Source: Spirochaetia bacterium
GTDB taxonomy: Bacteria; Spirochaetota; Spirochaetia; DSM-2461
Length of the DNA stretch: 64,000 nucleotides
NCBI GenBank assembly: GCA_963668315.1
Contig: OY764216.1
Coordinates: forward strand, 2,560,001-2,624,000
Direction of reading: 5' to 3'
Shown here: positions 28,916 to 38,317 of the stretch, one piece after another
Numbering within the stretch: the first letter of the stretch is position 1
How the letters are laid out: the number at the start of each line of letters is the position of its first letter
The notes under the pieces: model-generated
Seen by the model: only the letters and a program-made list of their open reading frames with translations
Told to the model about the DNA's origin: nothing
The model's database searches: none
Translations under genes and position numbers: made by a program

Positions 28916-29785
28916 GTGACTATCCATATTGATATGACGGCCGCCGAACAGTCTGTTCAGATCTGCGGCATCCTGAGAAAGGGGAGTACCGTTCCCTCTT
29001 CGGCATGGAGATCCTTATACCGGACGGAGGGGGTCAAGACCCTGACAGAAAGCGGTTTCAGGAAGAATCGGGAAATCAGAGTTTATCTTGAGTCTTTGGG
29101 GAGGGAGGGCGAAGAACGGACCCTGCCCGATTCTCATGGGCTGGAAACTTTGAAGAACGGGGCGGAGGAAGCGGGCCGGGAGGTCATCTCAGAAGCCGCG
29201 CACTGGCTGACCCCTGCAGCCGGCGGGAAAGACGTCACCATCTGCCTGGCCCTTTTCGGCGACGGCGCGGAAGACTCCGATCCCCCGGTGATGGATGCCT
29301 CCTACGCCTGCTCCCTCGGTCCGGCGGATCTGAAGAGACAGGTGGCTAAACTGATTCTTACCTGCCTTCTGAAAAGGCATCAGAATCTGGAAAGATATTA
29401 CCTTAAGAATTTTCTTCCCATAAGACGGCATATGGATTTTATTTATGCCCTGTGGGAAATACAGATCAACGGCCTGGTTTCCCTGCTTGCAGAGGAGGAT
29501 GTCAAGGGGGAGGAAGACTTCTCTGCCATGGAGACTCTTCTGGCGGCCGCCGCCCGGGCGGACCGGAAGGGACTGGTTCAGCTGGGCAGACAGTTCCGGG
29601 AGGAAGTTGACACAGAGGCCGCGGGCAGGAACTTATACCGCCGGTGGGAAGGGGATCCGGAAGCTATCGGTGATACTCTGGCAAAACCGACGGCTCCCTT
29701 TCTTCTCTTGAGGCGGAAGGGGGAGGACATCTTCAGTCCAGAGGCCTCCTTTTTTCTGGATCAGCTTGATTCTCTGCTCTCCTGA
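28916..29785 (+). CDS. Hypothetical protein (weak resemblance to DUF5700 zinc-peptidase-like proteins, no HExxH)
   Basis: GTG start after AGGAG. 289 aa with plausible composition. Confidence 0.65.
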   Translation: MTIHIDMTAAEQSVQICGILRKGSTVPSSAWRSLYRTEGVKTLTESGFRKNREIRVYLESLGREGEERTLPDSHGLETLKNGAEEAGREVISEAAHWLTPAAGGKDVTICLALFGDGAEDSDPPVMDASYACSLGPADLKRQVAKLILTCLLKRHQNLERYYLKNFLPIRRHMDFIYALWEIQINGLVSLLAEEDVKGEEDFSAMETLLAAAARADRKGLVQLGRQFREEVDTEAAGRNLYRRWEGDPEAIGDTLAKPTAPFLLLRRKGEDIFSPEASFFLDQLDSLLS

Positions 29786-29855
29786 TTTCATCCGGGCAGG
29801 CCGTTCAAGCGATAACGCTTGTCCCCTGATAAGACATGGGCTATAATAGGGACCG

Positions 29856-31361
29856 ATGGGGAAATTGAAACTACGGGAAGTTATCTTCAAAGCAAGAAAA
29901 CTGATGGAAAACGGGGAGTACCGCAAGGCATTCGATCTGGTTATCGATGTGCCGGCCGAAGACGCCCGCGACCTTTTTAACAAAGTGGCCTGTCTGACCG
30001 ACATAGGTTTTGTCCTCAGGGACGAGAAGGTGCTGCGCTACGGAATTTATCTCCTGGAAAACCACGGAGAGGAAATCGCCCTCGTTCCGGAGTATACTCC
30101 CTTTGTTTATATCAATCTGGCCAATCAGTATGCCAATATGGGAGCCCTATACTCCTATAATGACGATTTCTGGTCCTTCTACCGGGAAAGCGAACTGGAC
30201 AGGGCGAAGAACTGTTACCTGAAAGCACTGGAAGCGGATGACCTTAAGCCCGCCCTCAAGGGGGAAATCTACGGGAATCTGGCATCGGTCTATCTGAATC
30301 TGGGCCGGCGCTGGGAAGCCCTGGAGTGCTACGAGCACGCCTTGAGCCAGAGGGAAACGGACAGGCATTTTCTGGAGAAGAAATGCTCCCTCATGCTGGA
30401 AATGGCCCATTTTAACGATGAGAACCGTCAGATCCTTTTCAGGGAAGTGTTCGCCAGGGCCCGGGAGGTCATGGCCGACAGGGAGGATTACGACCGGCAG
30501 GAGCGTTTCAAGGCCATGATCTCCTACCTCGAAGGAATCCTGAGCGGAGAAGAGAAGGAAGAGGAGGGTATTTATCCTTCCGGAACCCTGGAAACGGAGG
30601 ACTCCTTTCACCACTACTATGTGGGATTCTGCGTGAAAAAACGCCTATACGTGAATATCTGCAGCTTCTGCTGCCGCTGCGACTTCTCCGTGGGGGACCG
30701 GGCCGTTTTCGATTCCCGCCGCTTCCAGCTGCAGAGGGGAGAGGGGAACTACTACAAGCTGGTTTCCGGCTTCAACCGACTGAAGGAGCGGTTCATGGCG
30801 GGCCGTTATCTTCTAGGACTGGCGGGATTTGAAGAGGGCAGTCTGGCCTTTGCCGAAATGATGGCTCCCCGGGCGAAACTGAGAGAATACAAAGAGCGGA
30901 GTCTGAACGAAACCCTGTGCGAGACGGCCTTCATGACGGGATGGGAGATCATCGAAAGCATTGGGCCTCTCCTCTCCCTCTTCCTCGATGGGAAGAGCCA
31001 TTTTTCCGGAACTCTGGGAGATCTTTTTGACCAGGAGGGCCCCTTTATGGAGTCCATCCGCATGGAGAGGCACCCGGCTCTTCATGCCATCTATAATATT
31101 TATTATGATCTGACAAGGGGAATATACCGTTATCTTTTTCATATGAACGGTACGCTGAGGAGGCCTTTTACCGATGAACTCTCCCTGGAAACCTATCCCA
31201 GACGGGGGCAGCTGGAAAGCACCATCCTCCTGTACAGGAATCTGAGGAACATCATTATCTACCTCATGTCCCTTTTCGACAGCCGGGAGACCGAGTGGCA
31301 CGGGGAAGCGGATTTCCAGCTCTTTTCTTTTCACCTCCCCGATTCTCTAATCTACAGGTAG
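29856..31361 (+). CDS. TPR protein with C-terminal LA2681-like HEPN domain (apparently degenerate)
   Basis: TPR-like YGNLASVYLNLGRRWEALECYEHAL. LA2681-like blocks FCVKKRLYVN, FNRLKERFMAGRYLL and LRNIIIYL. Promoter TTGTCC-N17-TATAAT lies 8 nt before the ATG. Confidence 0.7.
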   Translation: MGKLKLREVIFKARKLMENGEYRKAFDLVIDVPAEDARDLFNKVACLTDIGFVLRDEKVLRYGIYLLENHGEEIALVPEYTPFVYINLANQYANMGALYSYNDDFWSFYRESELDRAKNCYLKALEADDLKPALKGEIYGNLASVYLNLGRRWEALECYEHALSQRETDRHFLEKKCSLMLEMAHFNDENRQILFREVFARAREVMADREDYDRQERFKAMISYLEGILSGEEKEEEGIYPSGTLETEDSFHHYYVGFCVKKRLYVNICSFCCRCDFSVGDRAVFDSRRFQLQRGEGNYYKLVSGFNRLKERFMAGRYLLGLAGFEEGSLAFAEMMAPRAKLREYKERSLNETLCETAFMTGWEIIESIGPLLSLFLDGKSHFSGTLGDLFDQEGPFMESIRMERHPALHAIYNIYYDLTRGIYRYLFHMNGTLRRPFTDELSLETYPRRGQLESTILLYRNLRNIIIYLMSLFDSRETEWHGEADFQLFSFHLPDSLIYR

Positions 31362-31469
31362 GCGTAGAGGTTTCTTTTCCCGGGAGAAGGGAGGGGCCGT
31401 TTCTATCCGGCAGCCGGGGGAAGAAGAAAAAACTTGATTGCCCTGTGGTTTTACTGTAAAATCAGGTTA

Positions 31470-32750
31470 ATGAAAAAAGCATCCCTACCGATTAAAATCC
31501 TCTTTATAATGCATCGGGTGTTTTTGGCCTTGTTTTATCTGCTGTTGCGGCTTACCGTCGGCACTTTTATCCGGATCAAATATCATCCCCGTTACATCAA
31601 ACCGAAAGAAGTGGGCCGCCTGCGTACGCCCTATATCGTTCTGGCCGACCATGTCCATATCATGGATCCCTTTTTCAACGGACTGGGACTGCGGCCCGTG
31701 ATCCACTGGGTGGCGGCGGACGCCAACTTCCGCACCCCCTTTATGAAGTTCGTCATGACCTTTCTTGCCGGCGCGATCGCCAAAACCAAGAACCGCTCCG
31801 ACCTGGTCACCCTGAGCCGCATGAAGCTCCTTGCCGATCTGGGCTGTGTCATCGGCGTCTATCAGGAGGGGGAACGAAGCTGGGACGGGGTGGGACTGCC
31901 GGCGGTTCCGGGAACGGACAAACTGATCCGGTTTCTTAAGATCCCCGTGGTCTACGCCCATCTGGAAGGGGCGTATCTGGACCATCCCCGCTGGTCCTGG
32001 TCCCGGAACAAAGGAAAAATCACCGTACGCTATGAGCTGCTAATCGGCCGGGACGAGGTGGAGAATCTGCCCCTTTCGGAGATCAGAAAGCGCATGGAAA
32101 GGGCCGGCGCCTACGATGAGTGGGCCCTGAGCCGCAAGGAGGATTTCCGTTTTCCCGGCCGGAAAAGGGCGGAGAACTGCGAACTGGTCTGCTTTACCTG
32201 CCCTGGCTGTCACTCGGTAAATACCATACGCTCCGGGGGGAATGATTTCCGCTGCTCCCATTGTGGTCTGGAAGGGCGCGTGGATGACCGCATGCGGTTC
32301 ATCTGGCCGGAGGGGAGCCGGGCGGTCCTTCCGGTAGACAGGAGATTCGAAACCGTCAGGGAATGGAATCTCTGGCAGATCGCCTATTATCGGGGGATAA
32401 TAGACGGCGGTGATTTTTCCGGGCATCTCTTCTGGGAAAACCGGGGAACGGTGAAACTGACCCGGGGGAAAAAGGGGCGTTCCATGCAGAACGAAGGCAT
32501 CGGCACGGCCCGGTTTTTCGGCGACCGGATCGAGTTTGAATCGGAGAAAAAATCTTTGGTGATGCCTTTGGATGAGATTGTCGGCTTCAGCGTATTCAAG
32601 CAGTTTTATACGGAATTCTACCATGACCATCTCCTCTACAGATTCACTTTCACCGAAAGATCCGTGTCGGGATATAAATGGTTGATGCTTTTCAGACTAA
32701 TATCGGAATATAACAGGGAGAGAGACCGGAACGGTGTTTCGGAAGGGTGA
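31470..32750 (+). CDS. Lysophospholipid acyltransferase (PlsC-like) with Zn-ribbon
   Basis: HxxxxD (HVHIMD), YQEGERSWDG and CPGC...CSHC. Start moved to ATG 31470 because TTG 31434 coincides with the -35 box. Confidence 0.88.
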   Translation: MKKASLPIKILFIMHRVFLALFYLLLRLTVGTFIRIKYHPRYIKPKEVGRLRTPYIVLADHVHIMDPFFNGLGLRPVIHWVAADANFRTPFMKFVMTFLAGAIAKTKNRSDLVTLSRMKLLADLGCVIGVYQEGERSWDGVGLPAVPGTDKLIRFLKIPVVYAHLEGAYLDHPRWSWSRNKGKITVRYELLIGRDEVENLPLSEIRKRMERAGAYDEWALSRKEDFRFPGRKRAENCELVCFTCPGCHSVNTIRSGGNDFRCSHCGLEGRVDDRMRFIWPEGSRAVLPVDRRFETVREWNLWQIAYYRGIIDGGDFSGHLFWENRGTVKLTRGKKGRSMQNEGIGTARFFGDRIEFESEKKSLVMPLDEIVGFSVFKQFYTEFYHDHLLYRFTFTERSVSGYKWLMLFRLISEYNRERDRNGVSEG

Positions 32751-33991
32751 GTATGGGGAACAGCAACGCAGTATTGGTAATCAGGCGGATATCGCAGGCG
32801 ATCGTATATAATCTGGCGAGGCTCATTGTGCTCATCCCGTTTTTCATTATTTTCAAGGTTAAGATTTCCTGGTCCCGTGACTACAGGAAAATACGAGGTC
32901 CCTACGTGGTTTTCGGCCAGCATCAGCTGGCCTGGGATCCGGTTCTGATTACCCTGGGGGGAAAGCATGCTCCCCACTGGGTCGCCACCGATGCCATATT
33001 CCGTAAAAAGGGGCTCGGATGGATCATGAGGAACCTGTGCGCCTGCATTCCCACCACGAAGAATATGTCCGATATGGAGACGATCAAGCTGATACGCATG
33101 TTTGCTGCCCTCGGCGGCCGTATCGGGATTTTCCCCGAGGGACAGCAGACCTGGGACGGGCGGGGGCTTCCCCCCGTACCGGGAACGGCCAAGCTGCTCC
33201 GTTTTCTCAAGCTGCCCGTGGTTTTCGTCTATTCCGAGGGTGCCTATCTCTCCAAAGCCCGCTGGAACTGGGGCCATAACCGAAGGCCCATCTACCTGCG
33301 CTATGAAGTGGGAATCACCGGTGAAGAGATCGCTTCCATGAAACTTTCCGAGATAGAGTACCGGCTGAACCGCTTTCTCGATTATGATGAGTATGCCGTT
33401 CAGAAAGAGAAGATGGTTCCCCTTTCCGGAGAGAAACGGGCCGAAAACATGGAGCTTACCCTGTTCACCTGTCCCCAGTGTGAAAAAATGGGTACCCTGG
33501 CTTCCGAAGGAAACCGCCTGGGCTGTACGTCCTGCGGTTTCCATGTGGATGTGGACCGCTACGGGTTCTTCGACTGGGGCGAGGGAAAAAAGTACTTCGA
33601 GTATATGTACCACTGGAATGAGTGGCAGCAGAAGCATCTCAGGGATATGGCCTTTGAGGCTCTGGAAGAAAAGAGTGCCAAACCTCTGCTGGAAGACAGC
33701 GATGTCTGGCTGAGAACGGGACATAGGCGGAGGCCTCTGGCCCGGGTCGCCAACGGAAGTACCCGGTTCTATACGGACCGAATCGAGTTCATTCCCGCCG
33801 AGGGGGAGCCGATCACCTTCATCCTGAGCGGGATTACGGGCTTGAATGTCTTCAAGCAGCATTTCCTTGAGTTCCACTATAAGCAGAAGCTGTACCGGCT
33901 GGACTTTGAGGGAAAATCCACCTCGGGATACAAGTGGATGTGCCTTTTCTATATACTGCTGGCTCTTGGTAAGGACGTGAAGGTTCTATAA
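32747..33991 (+). CDS. Lysophospholipid acyltransferase (PlsC-like) with Zn-ribbon, paralog of the upstream gene
   Basis: HQLAWD, FPEGQQTWDG and CPQC...CTSC. Confidence 0.88.
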   Translation: MSMGNSNAVLVIRRISQAIVYNLARLIVLIPFFIIFKVKISWSRDYRKIRGPYVVFGQHQLAWDPVLITLGGKHAPHWVATDAIFRKKGLGWIMRNLCACIPTTKNMSDMETIKLIRMFAALGGRIGIFPEGQQTWDGRGLPPVPGTAKLLRFLKLPVVFVYSEGAYLSKARWNWGHNRRPIYLRYEVGITGEEIASMKLSEIEYRLNRFLDYDEYAVQKEKMVPLSGEKRAENMELTLFTCPQCEKMGTLASEGNRLGCTSCGFHVDVDRYGFFDWGEGKKYFEYMYHWNEWQQKHLRDMAFEALEEKSAKPLLEDSDVWLRTGHRRRPLARVANGSTRFYTDRIEFIPAEGEPITFILSGITGLNVFKQHFLEFHYKQKLYRLDFEGKSTSGYKWMCLFYILLALGKDVKVL

Positions 33992-35224
33992 CGGGCGGGC
34001 AATTTTAGCCAGTTTCCTGTGGTAGGTCTCCAGCATATCCTTTTCGAAGGCCTCGTTAGAAGGGTAGCTGCGGCCGAAAACCGGTTCCCATAGGGCCATG
34101 TCCTCCATGCAGAGATAGAAAAAGAGATCCTTACCGTGCCATTCGCCGAAGGAATCATAGGCATGGCGGAAGAGCTGTTCCTTGATTTCCAGGGGATAGG
34201 AAAACTTGCCCGCCGTCTCTTCCAGGGGCATTCTGAGTATCTGGCTGGAAAAGGAGCGGCTGCGGATCTTTTTCAGGACGGGTTTTATGAAAGTGAGGGT
34301 GCCGAAGGAGATCTGAACCAGTTCTTCCGGTGAAAAGAGGGAAACGACCTTTTCAAAAAGAGCGGAGTAATCTTCTTTCCAGTTCCTGTAATACACCATG
34401 GGATGGAAATGAAACCCCACGGGCAGATTCATATCGGCGGCGGTCCTGGCTGCCTTCATCCGTCTTTCCAGGGTGGCCGTGCCCCTTTCCTCGTTTTTAA
34501 TGACCGCCGGAGGGTTCAGGGACCAGGTAAAAAGAATATTGGGAGGAATCGCTTCCCGGTTATCTGTTATCCAGCCCAGGTTGTCCGATTTGCTTTTCAT
34601 CTCCAGTATGACCTGGGGGTTACGCCGTGCGAAGCGAGCCAGTTCTTCAAGGAGTCCCTGGCCGTTTCCTGTGGGATGATTCCCCCACATAAGGGAATCG
34701 GAAGACTGACCCGTGCCTATATGGTAGATCTTATCCTTCACAAGGGTCTTTTCCAGATCTTCGAGTTTTTCCCGGAGATTCCCGTGAAAAGATATTTTCC
34801 CCTGGGAATAAAAGGACTGGATGGAACAGTAGGAGCAGTCGAATCCGCACCGGAAGACCGCATCAAGGGTCATCAGATTACAGCATCTGGTCTTTTCCGA
34901 GGCCACAGGACAGGAACCCAGTATATTTCTTGTATCCTCTATCCTCTCAAATTCCGTTTTTGCGGGAGAAAAGGGCTTTCTGTCCTCCGGCCAGAGGGGA
35001 CCGTCTTTCTTGGCCCGGAGCCACTTTTCTTCAATGGGAGCCAGCGCAGCCTTTCGCAGATCCTTTCCTTTCAGTTTTTCGGAAGGAGTCCTCCACCAAT
35101 CCCGCAGGGGGGGGAAATCCCACTGGGCCAGTTCTCCCAGCCAGAGTTTAAGTTTTTCCTGTTCTCCGAAGGTAAAAGGGTAGAGGGGCAAAAGGTATTC
35201 AAGGTCTTCCTTAACATCTCGCAT
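33986..35224 (-). CDS. Spore photoproduct lyase-like radical SAM protein
   Basis: CGFDCSYC, IGTGQSSDSL, LEMKSKS, WSLNP, VGFHFHP and YLCME. ATG 35224 is supported by promoter TTGAAG-N17-TACACT-N6. Confidence 0.85.
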   Translation of the reverse strand: MRDVKEDLEYLLPLYPFTFGEQEKLKLWLGELAQWDFPPLRDWWRTPSEKLKGKDLRKAALAPIEEKWLRAKKDGPLWPEDRKPFSPAKTEFERIEDTRNILGSCPVASEKTRCCNLMTLDAVFRCGFDCSYCSIQSFYSQGKISFHGNLREKLEDLEKTLVKDKIYHIGTGQSSDSLMWGNHPTGNGQGLLEELARFARRNPQVILEMKSKSDNLGWITDNREAIPPNILFTWSLNPPAVIKNEERGTATLERRMKAARTAADMNLPVGFHFHPMVYYRNWKEDYSALFEKVVSLFSPEELVQISFGTLTFIKPVLKKIRSRSFSSQILRMPLEETAGKFSYPLEIKEQLFRHAYDSFGEWHGKDLFFYLCMEDMALWEPVFGRSYPSNEAFEKDMLETYHRKLAKIARPL

Positions 35225-35412
35225 GGCCCCAGTGTAGTCAATCCGGCCTATCCCTTCAAGGGGAAAAAGAGCCGCCGGGCACATTTGCCCCCGGGCCGGC
35301 CGGGGAAGCTTCCGTTTATATTTGGACTTTTATATATAAATGTGTTAAATTTGAAGATAGGGAGGAGAGCGTGTTTGAATCTATACATGAACACCTCTGA
35401 CTAAGTTAAAAA

Positions 35413-36048
35413 ATGCCTTTGGAAATTCAGTTTTTAGGAAATTCATCATTCGCGATAATAGGGGGAGCCGCTGTCTACATTGATCCCTGGAGGCTGGGAC
35501 AGCTGGAGATAGGCGCGGATTTCATTCTCGTCAGCCATGATCACCATCACCATTTCTCTCCCATGGATATTGAGAGAATCGGCGTGCCGAGCACCCGGGT
35601 ACTGGGCCCCTCCCAGGTCATAGAGAGTCTGGAAAACGGACAGGGCAAGGTTCTTCTGCCGGACAGGGAAATCCTGGATACCCATGTCAGAATCAAAGGG
35701 GTCCCCGCCTATAACCGCCGTTCGGAAAGGCACAAGAAGAGCGACAAGGGATTGGGCTTTATTATTGAGATCCGCGGCAAGAGGATCTACTATGCCGGAG
35801 ATACGGACTATATCGCCGAGATGGAGAACCTCGGACCGATAGATGTCGCCCTGCTTCCCGTGGGAGGCGGATCCGTTATGGGAGTAAGAGAAGCAGTTCA
35901 GGCCGTCAAGGTCATTAAGCCTAAATTGGTAATACCCTACCATTACGGAGACAGCGAGTCGACCATGCTTGCCGGAGAGTCCTTCGCGTCCCAGGCTAAC
36001 TGTATTGTCAGGGTTCTGATTCCCGGCGACAAGGTTACGCTGGTTTAG
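35413..36048 (+). CDS. MBL-fold metallo-hydrolase
   Basis: YIDPW, SHDHHHH, YYAGDT, LLPVGG and IPYHYG. Confidence 0.9.
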   Translation: MPLEIQFLGNSSFAIIGGAAVYIDPWRLGQLEIGADFILVSHDHHHHFSPMDIERIGVPSTRVLGPSQVIESLENGQGKVLLPDREILDTHVRIKGVPAYNRRSERHKKSDKGLGFIIEIRGKRIYYAGDTDYIAEMENLGPIDVALLPVGGGSVMGVREAVQAVKVIKPKLVIPYHYGDSESTMLAGESFASQANCIVRVLIPGDKVTLV

Positions 36049-36054
36049 AGCGCT

Positions 36055-36633
36055 ATGTCGGAACTGTTAACTCATTTTAAAAAAAATCCCCTTATGGCAG
36101 CCTGTAATCTGGATAACATGGAAGAAGCCGCCGGCAGCAGAGCGTCAATCATCCTGCTCATGAAGTGCTCCCTCAATCAGCTGATCAAGCCGGATTTTCC
36201 GGGAAAATGCGGGGACAAACCTCTATTCCTCCATGCCGATATGATCAAAGGGCTGTCGGGGGACAGGGAGTCGATACGATTCCTCCGGGATTTCATCCGT
36301 CCCGCCGGTCTCGTTTCCACCCGGGGGAATCTTATCCGCAATGCCAAGAAGGAAGGGTTCACGGTAATACAGCGTGTATTTCTCATAGACCATTCGTCCC
36401 TGGAAAATTCTCTGGAATCCATAAGGGATAACAAGCCCGACGGGGTGGAGCTGATGCCCGGTATCGCCCTGGATATCATTGAGCGGGTAAGGGGCGAGAT
36501 CGATTGCCCCCTTATCGCCTCCGGACTGATCAGCGAGCGGAAGCAGGTCGTCAATGCACTTAACAGGGGTGTTCAGGCCGTTTCCATGAGCCGCAGCGAA
36601 CTGTGGCATGAAGATTTTAGCCATATGGCTTAG
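36055..36633 (+). CDS. glpP: Glycerol-3-phosphate-responsive antiterminator GlpP
   Basis: LHADMIKGL, IQRVFLID, VELMPG and IASGLI. Confidence 0.92.
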   Translation: MSELLTHFKKNPLMAACNLDNMEEAAGSRASIILLMKCSLNQLIKPDFPGKCGDKPLFLHADMIKGLSGDRESIRFLRDFIRPAGLVSTRGNLIRNAKKEGFTVIQRVFLIDHSSLENSLESIRDNKPDGVELMPGIALDIIERVRGEIDCPLIASGLISERKQVVNALNRGVQAVSMSRSELWHEDFSHMA

Positions 36634-37431
36634 TTATTTCATTCCCGTAATGACAAACGATTCGGTAAATCTTTTCTGAAAAGCGAGAAAGAGAATGAGA
36701 AGGGGCAGTACGGCTATCAGAGTTCCGGCGGAAAGCACAGACCAGTCCACTCCCGATTCGGGGGCGGCGAAAATGGCCAGTCCCACGGTGAGAGGGCGGA
36801 CTCTGACCGAATTGGTGATGATGAGGGGCCACAGGAAATCGTTCCAGTGGTGGCTCACCGATACGAGCCCGTATGCGAGAAAGGTGGATTTGGAAAGGGG
36901 AATGAATATTCTCAGGAGTATTCCCACCCGCCCGCAGCCGTCGATAATGGCAGCTTCCTCCAAATCACGGGGGATGGTTTTAAAGCTTTGCCGCAAAAGG
37001 AAAATCCCGAAGGCGCTGGCGATATAGGGGAGAGCAATCCCGCGGATCGTATCGGTCAGATGGAGAAAGGAGATGGTGCGGTAGTTCTGGACGATGAGTA
37101 TTTCCGGCGTGATCAGAAGCTGAATCATCACAAGAGCGAAGGCTATCTCCCTGCCCTTGAATTCGAAGCGGGCGAAGGCATAGGCCGCCAGGGAGCAGAT
37201 GATGAACTGACCGGTGACGACTCCCATTACCAGAACTGTCGTGTTGAAGGTATACCGCAAAAAGGGAGCGTACTCCAGGGCCTTGAGTATATTGTCTCCC
37301 GTAATGTGAAAGGCGAACGCGGGGGACGTCACATACTCCGCAGGACAGAAGGCGGCCCAGATAGTAAACATCAGCGGAATGAGCCAGAGAATTCCCGCCG
37401 ATATAATCAGAATCATAGCGTATTTTTTCAT
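36634..37431 (-). CDS. Carbohydrate ABC transporter permease (UgpE-like)
   Basis: LAAYAFARFEF, EAA motif LEEAAIIDG, and WNDFLWPL. Confidence 0.93.
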   Translation of the reverse strand: MKKYAMILIISAGILWLIPLMFTIWAAFCPAEYVTSPAFAFHITGDNILKALEYAPFLRYTFNTTVLVMGVVTGQFIICSLAAYAFARFEFKGREIAFALVMIQLLITPEILIVQNYRTISFLHLTDTIRGIALPYIASAFGIFLLRQSFKTIPRDLEEAAIIDGCGRVGILLRIFIPLSKSTFLAYGLVSVSHHWNDFLWPLIITNSVRVRPLTVGLAIFAAPESGVDWSVLSAGTLIAVLPLLILFLAFQKRFTESFVITGMK

Positions 37432-38306
37432 GAATAGTGTACCCTTTTCTCCATAACGGACATATTGAAGTAGGAGATTCCTCCCAGTATTAAAAGAAGT
37501 ATGACGGCCAGGGCCCCCGCATAGGATGTATCGAGGAAGGAGAAGGCCGATTCGTAGATGTAGTAAAGCAGCATATTTGTCGCGTTGTTGGGCCCACCCT
37601 TTGTCAGGATGAAAAGCTGGTCCACTCTCTTGAAGGCATTGAGAGTGGCATTGATCAATACGAAGAGAGTGGTGGGGGTCAAAAGGGGTAGGGTTATGGA
37701 CCGGAAAATACGAAAGGGGCCGGCTCCCTCCATGCCAGCGGCTTCGGCGTATTGGGCCGGAATCCCCTGTAAGGCGGCCAGATAGAAAACCATGAAAAAC
37801 CCCGATTCCTTCCAGACGGCCAGAATCATCATGGCGGGAAGGGCCGTTCGGGTATCCCCCAGCCAGTTGGGGCCGGGAATCCCTATGAGGGAAAGGGAAC
37901 GGTTCACAAAGCCGATCTCCGGGGTGTAAAAAAAGAGCCAGATATTGGCCGCCGCCACCATGGGCAGAATGGTGGGCGTGAAAAAGGAAAGCCTCACGGC
38001 TCCCCGGAAGGGAAGATTCCCGTTTACCGCCAGGGCCATGGCCAGCGCCAGGGCGACCGAGGGGATAACGGTAAACAGGGCGTAAAGGAGATTATTCGCC
38101 AGGGCTTTCTGAAATACCGGATCTCCCGCCAGGGTCGCATAGTTTTCCAGCCCCAGGAAGCGGGAAGGCCTCATCGCCGTTCCCGGATCGTAAACGGAGG
38201 AGAACAAAGTCGCCAGAATAGGCCAGTGGGTAAAAGTTAGCAAGAGCATCAGGGCGGGCGTGATGAGCAGCCAGCCCAACAGGGATTCTCTGTTCTTCTT
38301 CGTCAT
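37428..38306 (-). CDS. Carbohydrate ABC transporter permease (UgpA-like)
   Basis: GLENY, LAALQGIP...EAAGMEGA and TKGGPNNAT. Confidence 0.93.
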   Translation of the reverse strand: MTKKNRESLLGWLLITPALMLLLTFTHWPILATLFSSVYDPGTAMRPSRFLGLENYATLAGDPVFQKALANNLLYALFTVIPSVALALAMALAVNGNLPFRGAVRLSFFTPTILPMVAAANIWLFFYTPEIGFVNRSLSLIGIPGPNWLGDTRTALPAMMILAVWKESGFFMVFYLAALQGIPAQYAEAAGMEGAGPFRIFRSITLPLLTPTTLFVLINATLNAFKRVDQLFILTKGGPNNATNMLLYYIYESAFSFLDTSYAGALAVILLLILGGISYFNMSVMEKRVHYS

Positions 38307-38317
38307 AAGCGATTCTC

